NCBI GenBank assembly: GCA_040285825.1
Contig: JAUPSS010000004.1
Location: forward strand, 6,167,784 to 6,231,783
Direction: 5' to 3'
DNA from: Eukaryota sp. TZLM1-RC
Lineage: Eukaryota; Protista; Metamonada: BaSk clade
Length of the DNA: 64,000 bases
A model generated the notes under the pieces. That model was not told where the DNA came from. It saw only the letters and a program-made list of their open reading frames with translations, and did no database searches. The position numbers and the translations under genes were made by a program. Of the stretch, positions 23,819 through 35,161 are shown in pieces; the first letter of the stretch is position 1, and every line of letters starts with the position of its first letter.

Positions 23819-24133
23819 ATATTATATTTATTGAATTTGCACACTTAATTAAATTAACTCATAACTAATGGGACGATTATCATTGAACCAAGATTTCCTC
23901 TACAAAATCTTGATCTGCTTGCTGTCTAGCTAAAGCTTCTCTTATTCGATTGAAAAACCGAGGTAATCTATTAATAATGGCAAATTGAATCCGTGAACGC
24001 CATAAAAAAATATCAAATCTTTTCATTATTTTTTCTTGCACCATTTTTTGGAAGTCATTCAAAAAAGTTTCTGCTTCAACTGATAATCTTCCATTTATCG
24101 AAAATGGGAAAGCAATAAAAACCAGCTGTGTAT
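23819..24133 (-). mobile_element. 3' fragment of family A retrotransposon; TSD ATAATATCCA (23809-23818 / 24134-24143)
   Basis: Reverse-complement match to 17745-18052; 10-bp TSD. Confidence 0.92.
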
Positions 24134-24229
24134 ATAATATCCAGTGAATCATTCATAATTTCTGCAAATTGAATACAATTTGATGGTTATAGTGCATAAA
24201 TTTAAGACAACCAATGCTCCAAAAAAATT

Positions 24230-25292
24230 TTATTTACAAATTGTATTTTGACAGTAACTAAAAGTTCACTAGTGGTGAACTACCAATCACAAATAATTTT
24301 GCATTCCCATTCGCCCTTGTGGTTAAAAGAACATTCAGTGCGACATCCATTGTCCACAGTGAATTCATTTCTTGGAGCATCACCAGCTTCTCCTGCAGTG
24401 ACCATAGATTCAATGTTACATTCGTTGACGCCACGACGGATACGGAAATGACCTTGTTCACCCCATGAAGCTCCCCATGAGTTGGCACATAACCAGTATT
24501 TCTCTCCATTTTCTACACCCCATCCAATGAGTTTGACAGCATGACCACCCTGGAGATAGCCAGAAACATGATGGTAGATGCCAGAGCGATAGGACATAAA
24601 ATCGGAATAAACACGGAAACCGACCTCGACGGAACCATACCTAGGGTTAATTCTGCCGGCGAAGTGTCAACGTACTTTTGAAGTTCAGTCATGATTGCCT
24701 GCTCGTTTGCTGATACATCATAGGCACTAGCTGCCTTGTACATCTTGAGAGAAGAACCATCTTCACAGGCACTCGGGCAAGGAGGAACTTTTCCAGCTCT
24801 TCCTGAACTGTAGGTGAAGCAGGAGTCTTCAACAACACCAGTTGATTTCATAAAGTTCCATACTTTGTCTAACCAGCCACCGTTACATGCCATGTTCGAC
24901 TTATCACAGGAAACAAGCCATTGTGGGGAAAGAATAACTTTCATTCCTTTGGCAGCACAGAATCTATCAGACAATGCTTCAGCGGCACCAAAAGCCCAAC
25001 ACGATCCACATCGACCTTGATCACGAATAGCATAGGAAGGACATCCAGGCCATTGTTTACGGACATCAAATTGTTCTGGAAGGTTGTTTAAAACTTCAAC
25101 CTTCTTGGGTAGGTTAATGAAGTCGATCTTGGTTCCCAAAAGAGCGCGGCGCTCTTCGGATGTCATACCAGCGAATCTTGGATTAAATCCGGCCACCCAT
25201 CGGGCTGTAGGATTTGAATTCACCATTGCAATAATGTGCTGCTCATTAGCAAAAGCAAACGCTACAAGTAGAAAGAGTGGTAGAAGCTTCAT
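24230..25292 (-). CDS. Cathepsin B-like cysteine protease (C1A); intron 24641-24675 and probable intron 24258-24283
   Basis: Signal and propeptide; [30 protein letters not shown]. The 35-nt intron joins QK|YGSVEVGF. The C-terminal extension is Cys-rich; without the second intron the CDS stops at 24280. Confidence 0.92.
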
Positions 25293-25663
25293 CGACAAGA
25301 AATCAGCAGAATGAGAAGTTCAAAATTATTTCGATATTTACCAGTTTTCAACAAAAGTCAATCATTCCAATCATTCCAAATGTAGTGACAAAGTATATGA
25401 GCTGCTGGTACAATGGTGATCACATCATTGGTGAATAGTTCCGATGGTCAACAGTTATCAAGAAGTAATTGGCAATATTGATAGATCTGATTACAATGCT
25501 GATGAATATCTTGTTTGGTCTGAGGTAAATTTACCCTCAGTTTCAACAATGTTTCAAGTCTTTCAGTGCATCAATCCTTTAACTGCCACGGATAACTATA
25601 AATAATAAAAACGTTTATTTAATAACAGGAAAAGAAACAATGCATAACTATCCTAGTACCAGC

Positions 25664-26023
25664 TTAGCTAGTAGGGGGTGGAGGTAGATTAGCTGGTCCA
25701 AAACCAGGAACCGCAGACGCCGTCGGTAGCGGTAGTGTGGGCAGTGTAGACATTGTAGGCCTAGTACGTTCAGTTTGTGCCGGTGGTGGAGCATCTACTG
25801 AAGTAGACACAAGAGAATCACCACGAACAATGGTAAGACCCAAAGAACGGCGTATTTCCTTACCCTGTTTATTGACTCTAGATTCTTCGGCATCTACGAG
25901 AACCAAATTTAAGTGAATATCAACACCATATAGGCGACCTGTTATGGTACGATCATTAAGGATAGCTGTGACTGTATGATAGAGAAAGTTTTCTAGACGG
26001 CCACGACGTGCTTTGGGAGGCAT
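25664..26023 (-). CDS. SNRPB: Spliceosomal Sm protein B
   Basis: Sm1/Sm2 motifs (GRLYGVDIHLNLVLVDAEESR, RRSLGLTIVRGDSLVSTSVDAPPP) and Pro-rich tail; ATG at 26023. Confidence 0.85.
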   Translation of the reverse strand: MPPKARRGRLENFLYHTVTAILNDRTITGRLYGVDIHLNLVLVDAEESRVNKQGKEIRRSLGLTIVRGDSLVSTSVDAPPPAQTERTRPTMSTLPTLPLPTASAVPGFGPANLPPPPTS

Positions 26024-26128
26024 TTGCAAGTATTGTTCTGTGAGTGCAAATCCAAATGCATTTACCACACCTACATTGGAATTCAATTCTTCATTACAAC
26101 TCCAGACACTATTGAGCTGCCACATCGT

Positions 26129-28410
26129 TCAAGGTGGACTGATATTTTCTTCTACAGATGTCTTCTTGACTACTCTCTTCTTAGTTCCTCCCTGTTTTCT
26201 CTCAGCACCCAATGACGATGTGCTTGTTTCATGAACTTGCGATGGACAGTTTGTTCTGCTGTGGCCTGTGACATAAACTACATCTTCCGGGTTTTTGTCC
26301 TTCTCAGCATCTTCTTTTTCTGATCTCTCTGTGAAGTAGATGATACATTTTCGAAATCTTTTGTTTGAGTTTTTGGTCTCTTGAAAATGGATGGTCTACC
26401 TTCACCGTTGATTGCAGATGTGATAATGGAATATATATTTATGGCAGAGTTGAAGTCTCCATTCTAATACGTGCTGCATGTCTGACACTTCGCTAAACCC
26501 CACGGTGTTGATTTTGCTTTTTCTTCTAGTGAATCCTTCTGCTCACCCCATTCTTGTTGAAAATCTCTTTTTCTAGTAGGATTGTTTTTATTCAATAGTT
26601 CAATTTCTTGTTTTAAGTTTTTTGCTTTTCTTTTTAGTTGTCGTTTGCCCTTAGGACCTAACACTTTAATACTAGAATCATTGACACATTCTGCAAAATT
26701 TCCCTTGGCAGCACAACTAGAACAAGATTTACTCGTTCTATATTCTTCAACTAGGTAAATTCGATAACCAAATCTTCTTAATAGTTTCGGTTCCTCTTAT
26801 GGTTGACCTTTTCCCTTCCTTGTATTTCCTTTCGACCTCCAGTCACCATAACCAATAACTACGTCTTCAGGGGAGCCAAAGGTCAATTTGAATCTTTCCA
26901 TCTTGTTTATTTCTAATTCTTTGCTTATTCGAATACCTTTGAAATTTTCTTTTTTCTTTTTTCCGTTCAACGATATTTGGTACTTTTTCTGTCAAATTGG
27001 CGTTCACCGGCAGTATATTTGAACGTGTTCCACCAGTGTTTGGGTTTCAGCCTTGTATAATCAGAGTCAGAGTTTGAATAGCTTGATAGGTCTTGTAATT
27101 GCTTCTCTCTTCTTTTAATACCTTTGCGTTTTTTGCTTCTGATTTCAGGAAGTTGTCTTTTTTTATAGAACACATTTTGTGAAATTTCTTCTGGGGTAAT
27201 GGTTACAGTAGGATTTGGAGAAACACAGTGCATTAAATCGTGCTCGTTAGGGTCAATGGCAACTATTCTTTTATCTTTTAACTTCTTTTTTTCTACATTT
27301 TCAGCAGACAAGGAATGTATGTATCTGGGTGCGCTTACGTCTTGGAAGTAAAATTGTTGAAAACATTCCCATTTCCATCAAGCAGCTCTCTACGAATTAA
27401 CACTGAACAAGCAATCCCGACTGTTACAATTGAAAACAATTTCAATTGAAAGCAACCTTTAATCTTCCGTTTGTAAAAATCTAAATATCAGTTAGTATTT
27501 CGGTAAAAACTGATGATCTTAAATCATCTGCTCTCCCTTTGAACTTGCTAAATCTTTCATTGAGCCAATGAGTATCGAGTCTTATAAGCAGTGGATTCAA
27601 TGTAGTTGTCAATGGAAAAGGATTACTGACTGACAAAGGTCTGGCATCCTGGAAACAAAATAATTGAATATAATTCTGTTAATATATATAGCATGAGAAA
27701 GAAATTTCAATGGCTGATTGAATATAAGAAATATTTTTACCCTTAATAAAAGTGGGAATTAAACAATGTTTTTCATAAGCAAAAAACTTCAAAGTCAAAT
27801 CTGACTGGGGAAAGGAAAAAACAATGTGATCATTGATAGGAAGTTCATCAAAGTTTCCACCGATAATGGTTTCCTGACTTTGATGTGTTTAGTCAATAAT
27901 TCTTTCTTCAAATGAATTTCCTGAATTTGTTCTAGTCTGAACTTCTTCAATGTGATAATGTTTAACCAGCGCAACACATATTCAACAAACTGTTTGCTGA
28001 GATTATTGCCATATTCAATGGCAATTTGGTTGGCTGTGTAGTGCGAAACTAGATTCATTGATGTGTTATCTGGAAATTGAATACTTCTTTGACCAAGCTC
28101 ATCATCAAGATTTTGTAGAATTGGATAAAAGAAATTCAGGTAATTAAAACTAATTTTCTGTTTCAAAGTTAAATTCGAAAAATCCATATCTTTAATTACC
28201 TTCTTGGATTCAATCTTTGATTGTTCCAAATCTGCAGTATTTTCGTTTGACTTCGCAACAAACATCCGCTCTGAAACTAATTGAATTGATTCTAATGTAA
28301 TTGATTCGCTTAAATCTGGCAGTTGAATTGAGAAATTCTTAAAATCGAAATACGCATCATAGTCGCATTCATGCATTAAAGACGTAGTGTCGATTGGGAA
28401 AAACGTTCTG
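26129..28410 (-). pseudogene. Fanzor1 pseudogene (second family) with C-terminal extension
   Basis: RIVAIDPNEHDL (RuvC-I), FKYTAGERQ, VVIGYGDW, YLVEEYRTSKSCSSC (RuvC-II/Zn), CQTC..NGD, GRPSIFKRP; N-terminal YGNNLSKQFVEYVLRWLN. Confidence 0.85.
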
Positions 28411-28414
28411 AAAC

Positions 28415-29210
28415 AATTCTATGTGATTTTGACATACAATAGAGTTGATCTCTTACTGTATCATGAACTTTTGATTGGAAAGTAATAAAATGTTTACAAT
28501 TCAATAGATGATGAGGAGAAATTTTTGATCCACATTTACAAATCAAATTATGGGCACGTTATCAGGCCAAATACAACATAGCGCATTTTACAAGAAAATT
28601 CGGTATCAGTTAAAGTAGACCATAACTTTGAGGAATCTGAGTAATTAAACACGAAGAGGAACTGTTTTGGGCATCTAACAAAAAATTTGCGAAAGTGGGA
28701 TTATTTTTTTTGGGCAGAGCCAAGACGAACACAAAAATCCAAGCCTTCAAAAATTATTTTTAACTTTTGTTTTAAGTTTTTAACACAATACCTCAAATTA
28801 ACTAGTGTTCTAGATCATATTTCCTGCACATTGTCGGGAAAATATTTACTCCATATTTCAAGGGGCAAACAATCAAGAGCATTTTGTAGGTCTCTAAGAA
28901 AATAATTGCTTGTCAAATTCAATAAATTACCATCATTAGAAAAACGGTTGCAAAACTCAAAAAGAAAATTTTTCCTTCCACAAAGAAAAGCAGCTTGACA
29001 GAGAATAGAAGATTTAGTGAAATTAATTCCACCACAATAAAATGATGAAAATACATGACTTCGAATTAGTTCAGGATTGACATCAATCAAAGATGGAAAA
29101 ACTTTTGTTTTCAAATAGTTAAATGAGCGGCAAAACTCACGTGAAATACCAGGAGATGTTGTTTTTAAAATGTGAGTAATTTTACCGGAGTAACAAATTT
29201 ATAAGATAAA
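28415..29210 (-). mobile_element. Internal fragment of CRE-like retrotransposon (family C)
   Basis: KITHILKT, GGINFTKS, CKCG..HLLNCKHFITF..KVHDTVRDQLYCM; matches the 39945-40379 copy. Confidence 0.8.
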
Positions 29211-30039
29211 AGCGCAGTCTCATTTCGTTAAGAGTACGGATTACTTGTTGTAGATGTTCAGCCAGAAATGCTGTGTTATCATTTCGCCACAATTCATTAG
29301 TTTTGATTTAATCTAACAGTTGAGCAAATTCTTTTTTTTTCTTTCGATAAAAATTATATTTAATCCCAATTTTTGTTTACAATTTTGTTTAAGAAAGTCA
29401 AGTTCTACTGTTGAAATGAACTTGTGAATGTCATGTTGAATTAGTTGAGAAAATACATTTTCAATGCTATTCATTCCTCCTTCAACAATATACAAAGACT
29501 GAATACCTTTCTTAAATGTATACTCATAAAAGGTCCCACTGCAGTCTTGCTTAAGCATCTATGAAACCACAGAGGGTGTAAAGAATGTAATTGGTCAATT
29601 GGAAATCTGTTTCAATTTGCAACAGTTTAAAGCGAATAAAGAAAGGAAAAATAATTCGTCTGTGTTGCAGCCAATAAGTAACCCAGGCTTAATCTCAATC
29701 AATAAGTCAATAACTGAATTAATCATATCCTTCTTTGATGAACATAAAAGAATTCAACAATCCTTTGATTGAGAAATCGCTTATATGGAGAAGATGTGTG
29801 ACTCTTTCGAATCAAAATGCCAAAGTAATCATAATGAGGGAATCTTCGTGAGGATTTGGCAGTAGTTCCTCTCTGTATGTTTCATGTTCTTTTTCGCAAA
29901 GTGTTGATTTTTTTTAAAATCTCATTTAAAGTCAATGACCACCTGGTAATAAGAAAATAATGGCAAAATTTGTGATAGATTCCAGATAGATGTACCTTTC
30001 ATAATCTGTTTAAACGAGTTTAGTTCCAAGAAACCAAGT

Positions 30040-31258
30040 AGTGAAATAGACATCTTTGCATAAAATTACTACAATACCATGACGTGGAAAAGTACAGAAG
30101 TAACTGCAAAAGAGTTAAAAGATTAAGAAAATTATATTGATGACCCTAGCATTAATCCTGCTGAATTTCAAGATATGACCCTTGCTGCTGCTGATCCAGG
30201 GAAATCTGATCTATTCTTTTGTTCTGCCAATTTAGCTACTGGAATGACTTATTCAAAAAAACCTGAGAGAGATAAATATGTTCATTTCAGGTACACTCAA
30301 AATCAACGAAGATTTGAGTCGAAAAGTTGCAAATTCAAAAGAATAAGAGACATCATACGGAATGACACTCATATCACAATAAGTAACTCTACTGGTAGAG
30401 TGATTGATCTATCCAATTGAGAACCATCTGGAGAGCAGCAACAAAGAATGGATTTAAACAGCAGTATAATAAATCAAATGTCTTAAAGAACAATTAGTTT
30501 ATTAAGAGGAAAAGTACCTTCAGAAATCAATATTCCCCACAAAAATTGATTAATCATTCAATTTGAGAAATACTGAACAAAAAACTAAATCTGTAGCAGA
30601 ATGGGAAGCAACTTTATCCCAATTAAATTCCAAAAGCTACAGGTTTGATAGATTTATGGAGTATATTAAACAAAAGAATTTTGTGAATAGTATTGGAGGT
30701 GAAGTCTATCATCAAAAAATATTTCGAAAAAAAGATGGCGAGCTGAGATTAATCGCAAGACCTGAGGCAAAGATGATTCAGAGATTCAAATCAGTAATTA
30801 GTGATCCCAGCCAAGTAGTTATTAGAATCGAAAACTGGGAACAACGAAAACACATGAAATTCAAAAAACCTACCAAAGGAGAAGGGTTGAGAATTCTATT
30901 TAAAAAGGCTGGTTATAAGGTCTTTTTAATTGATGAGTTTCGAACCAGTTGCTATTGTTTCAACTGTAGGAAAGCGAGGAAAACAGTTGAAACATTCCGA
31001 TGGTGCAGAAACTTTAGGCCATGGAAGAGGCACGAGATGTCGATTCGTCCCAGGCTTACCATGTGTAAATCATGCGAAAGTTTGTGGAATAGAGATCGAA
31101 ATGCTTCGCTTTAAATGTTGGCACTGATGGAAGCACATATAAATGGTGGAGATAGACCGGAATACCTGCAGAGAGCCAAGGTTGACAAAGGTTCAAAGAA
31201 AAAAGTATCAAGAAAATCTTCCATTTCTCAAAAACTCAGTCCCTCTACATCAGTGTAA
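30040..31258 (+). pseudogene. Fanzor1 pseudogene (third family)
   Basis: AADPGKSDL, FRYTQNQRR, NWEQRKHMKFKKPTKGEGLR, FLIDEFRTSCYCFNC, CKSC..WNRDRNAS, then (after one stop) DRPEYLQRAK...SV*. All three RuvC acidic residues are present. Confidence 0.9.
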
Positions 31259-31299
31259 AAAGGACACTTATTTTATTGTTATAGACATCGTCTGTTTCA

Positions 31300-32490
31300 A
31301 TGACTGATTCCGAAGATGACCCTGTAGTTCAAGAATATGATGTCTTTTTATCACATACTTTAGAAGAGAACTTATTTCTCTGTCAATTTCCTACACGTCC
31401 TCCATGGCGTCCCCTCAACTTTGATCAAGTAAGTCAAGCTAGATATAAACCGCAACAAGGTGCCCTTGAACTTGAAATTGAACATGACTTTCCAGAACAT
31501 TGCAAGGATGAATTTGGACATAATCCTCGTAGTACCTCTCTTTTCTCTGCCCTAAACGTTCCTTTAAAAACCAACATGACTGTTGGTAGCGTTAGAGGCA
31601 ACCAAATCTATCTCACTCCACTTCACCATGCCATGCAACTGCGGCCTAGGTTCAAACACATAGAGGAGGACGAGACCATTGACATGGTTGGGGATGGGTC
31701 TAAGCCAACTGACGAAGGCTCTGACATGGAAGGTTCTTCCCTTATTCAACAAAAGAGAAAAGCTGCAAAAGCCTCGAAAGAACCAACTGTTGTCGTTCGT
31801 CAATCCTATTACTCGAAATACAAAGCAAAACGTGATGCAGAGTCGTGGTTACCAATGTCAATAGTTAAACATGATCAGCAACTCGCTAATCAAATCAAAA
31901 ATGCAATGGCTCAAACCAGTAATAATAGTGTTCCTACTGTAGGTTCAAAGAATGATTACCTCAACCTTTTATTCCCAGAGGCACACCTTCCCAGCATCGA
32001 TAAAGTTGATTCAACCATGATTGGTTCTGAGGTTGCTGTTGATGAACAGGTAAGTAATCTGAGTTTGACAGAATCCCCAGCGTTTAAAGCTCTTCAAGAG
32101 TTTATTTTAAGGGAACTTGGGATACACGGGGTTTTGAATATAACCTCAATTATTAAATTAATCAATACTTATAATTCAAGTGTTCCTGAGCAAAGCCAAT
32201 TATCTTCGGATATCAATACTGTGCTTCATGTTCTTGGCCACTCTGCTGATCACATTGGCGAATGTTGGTTTTTACATACAGATTCTGCATTGGAACCTTA
32301 TAGAAGAATTCTGGTTCGGTTGTTTAAAGAGAGCAATAAGCCTATACAGAAAGCCGATTTGGTAACAGCTTGTCGTCATGAGAATGTTAAAGATTTCGGT
32401 TACAAGGTTTATAACCTTTTAATGAATCAGTTGGCTGAAAAAGCTCCTGGAACTCATTCGAAGTGGAAATTAAAAAGTGGTAATGTGTAG
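31300..32490 (+). CDS. POLR3E: RNA polymerase III subunit RPC5 (Sin-like)
   Basis: DDPVVQEYDVFLS, LCQFPTRP, YLTPLHHAMQLRPRFKHI motifs. Confidence 0.85.
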   Translation: MTDSEDDPVVQEYDVFLSHTLEENLFLCQFPTRPPWRPLNFDQVSQARYKPQQGALELEIEHDFPEHCKDEFGHNPRSTSLFSALNVPLKTNMTVGSVRGNQIYLTPLHHAMQLRPRFKHIEEDETIDMVGDGSKPTDEGSDMEGSSLIQQKRKAAKASKEPTVVVRQSYYSKYKAKRDAESWLPMSIVKHDQQLANQIKNAMAQTSNNSVPTVGSKNDYLNLLFPEAHLPSIDKVDSTMIGSEVAVDEQVSNLSLTESPAFKALQEFILRELGIHGVLNITSIIKLINTYNSSVPEQSQLSSDINTVLHVLGHSADHIGECWFLHTDSALEPYRRILVRLFKESNKPIQKADLVTACRHENVKDFGYKVYNLLMNQLAEKAPGTHSKWKLKSGNV

Positions 32491-32667
32491 TATTTAAATA
32501 TTTCTCAGTTTTTAGATGGTTTTATTTAGACTATTTAGTTCTTTTGAACCATTATTTATTGCTTTACCCTTAATATTAATTTATTTAACCCGATAATTAC
32601 ATTTTTTTTAATTTTTCAAAACAAATAATATTCAAAAAATAAAACTATTCAAACTAATTTTCCAAAC

Positions 32668-33339
32668 CTAACCAAACAAAAACTCAGACATTTTAGAAAT
32701 CACGCTTGGTTTTCTTTTTGGCTGAACGTACAATCTTTCAGTCTCCCCAATCATCACCCTCTTTGCTGGGTGATCTGGTAGAACTCCAGCTCTGGCCACA
32801 GTCATGTACGAATCAACAGGGAGATCTTTACGGGGGACAACCCCTACCAGAGAGCCTTGTTCGTATTGGGAACCATTGAGCGCAATTGCAGAAGTAGCTT
32901 GAACAGGATCGCCAAACTTAACATGTATAAAGTTTCCTGCACCAGAGGATCTTTCTACGATGGTCCCAACACGGGATAGATAAGACAGAACGCTGGAGGT
33001 TTGTTTTGGGTCAAACCCAAAAACAGTAACCCAGTGTGAAGAGTCATCTGTTTCAGTAGGGTAAACAATGTCTCTAGAACGGTCAGATAGTGATAGTGGT
33101 CTGTTGTACTGTATGGGATCGGATGGTTTTGGAACAGGAGTTTCAGGAAAAGTTCGAATAGTTGGATCGACAATGGACAGTGATGGTGGTATTTCTTCCT
33201 CTCTGGGTGGTTGAAATTGGCGAGCCTGGTACTCTGCAAAAGGGGTTCGAGGTTCTGTTGGTGGTGCTGTTCTTGGAGGAGAACGTTGTATGTGGGGAAG
33301 AATAACAGGCTTAAGAGGTCGTTTTGGTGTTGAAGACAT
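32668..33339 (-). CDS. NUP35: Nucleoporin Nup35/Nup53 (MPPN RRM)
   Basis: PPSLSI motif, WVTVFGF RRM start, GNFIHVKF, C-terminal amphipathic SKMSEFLFG. Confidence 0.85.
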   Translation of the reverse strand: MSSTPKRPLKPVILPHIQRSPPRTAPPTEPRTPFAEYQARQFQPPREEEIPPSLSIVDPTIRTFPETPVPKPSDPIQYNRPLSLSDRSRDIVYPTETDDSSHWVTVFGFDPKQTSSVLSYLSRVGTIVERSSGAGNFIHVKFGDPVQATSAIALNGSQYEQGSLVGVVPRKDLPVDSYMTVARAGVLPDHPAKRVMIGETERLYVQPKRKPSVISKMSEFLFG

Positions 33340-33559
33340 CAGCTAAGAGCACAAAAATGTCAAATGGGAGAAAATGAAGATGAGATTAATCACAAACCTT
33401 TTTAATATAATATTGAAATGGGAATTTTTGGATAATTCCACGCAGTACTACTTCAGAATTGTTCAGTAATTGGATTCATCTTGGATCAAAATTTAGTAAA
33501 TGTCATGGGTATCCCAAAGGACTGAAGTGGAAACAAGTCTTCACCGTTGATTCTAATAA

Positions 33560-34650
33560 CTTCAGTTTTGAAAGAGTTTTCACTTCTCTCAATCCTAAAA
33601 ATGATCGACTTTAGGTAGTTTGTTTCCCTTTCCTGAACTTCACTGTTTGAAGTTCAATGTTTCGTCTACCAGCAGTGTAAGAATCAATAATTAGTTTGTC
33701 TCTTTTTTCATTAAATTTTTTTCTTTTTCATTAAATGATTTTTTGGTTTTTTTTTGGTTTTTGTTTTTTTTGTATTTTTCCCACACTTATTATCTTTTTT
33801 GTTTGTTTCTTTCTGCTTCAGCCATATTGATTCATTTGGACTCAATATGACTCATCTCAGCAGCATATGATCGACTGATTTGGTAAGGAATTTTCTTTGG
33901 ATTAGGAGTTTCTAAAACTTATACCAGTTTGGCATCATATTCGTTAGGGTCCATTCCAGCAATGACCTTTCCTTGTAATGTATTCAGTTCGTTCCCACAT
34001 ATAATTCATCCCTGTCTTTTTGTTTGTCTTTACATTTTTCAAATCATTCCTTTTGTTGAACTGAAACTCCAATGCCATCTATCAGAATAATGCCGTCAAA
34101 AAATTAACCATCAGTTTTTTAGGTATGCTGCATGTTGGGTATCCTTTTTCAAGTTTTAGGATTTTTTTCATCAACGTCAATCGTTTGATCATCGCTTTCT
34201 TGAGTTTCATCAAACTCTGTGATCGGAAGTACGGTGGATTCACCAGACAGTTATCTTGACTGATTGATAATGATTTGCATACTTCTGATTTCAATCCGAA
34301 TATACGCTGAAGAGAGTGATGTTCTAATAACATAATGTTGTAAATAAATAAAGGATTAGGTTTTCCCCTTCAGCATTTTTAATCAAGACATACGACTGAC
34401 ATCCGCTATAAGTATCAAAGATCTTTTAAGAAATTTTTCTCAATGTACATGTATATCTAGGAATATATAAGGTAAATTAGGCTTTCCTTTCATTGACTTG
34501 GATTTCGGGGTGGAAATTCTTTTTTCCAAGCATCTCAATGAAAATGTTGCATTCTGTTGAAGTAAGAATGTTTTCATCAAGTGTCAGATAGCTCTGAGGT
34601 CACACGAGGTTTTGCAGTCTTTGGAGCATCTACAGAAGTTCTTATTCTAG
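33560..34650 (-). pseudogene. Heavily decayed Fanzor remnant related to the 26.1-28.4 kb family
   Basis: Minus-strand FDGIILIDGIGVSV (~34090), LQGKVIAGMDPNEYD (~33950), SYTAGRRNIELQTVKFR (~33660). Confidence 0.7.
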
Positions 34651-35161
34651 AAGTTGTTTTACGTTTAGTGTTTCCAAATAGTTGATTTACGTTCAGGTGA
34701 CATAAACGTTTATCAATAGTGAAGGGATAAGTGATGCTAAAAACTAGTAATTGGTTTAGTATAAAATGCGAACTTTGCGGGTTTTTCTACAAATGTTATT
34801 ACGAAGGTTGTAACGAAGTTTTATATAAATATGATAACAAAGTATCAAACAAAAAATACATAAAACCAATAATTAAAGATATCAGTAAATTTAATTTTGG
34901 TTTTATCAATATCTACATTGACTTATAGTACAGGGTATTAGACTATCTTGGCGAAAGTGCATAATTCAAATGAAAGGTATTACCTCCATCACTGATGAAT
35001 AACAAAGACTTACTGTCAAAAGAAGAGATTCCCTTAAATTCCCACAGAGTTTCCCTTGATCAAAACTGAATTGAAGAGCACTAGTTTTGGCAGACATGAA
35101 TTATTCATATCGACCAAATTTAGATCGACACCCAACACAGTTCGATAGACTAAACGCATCT

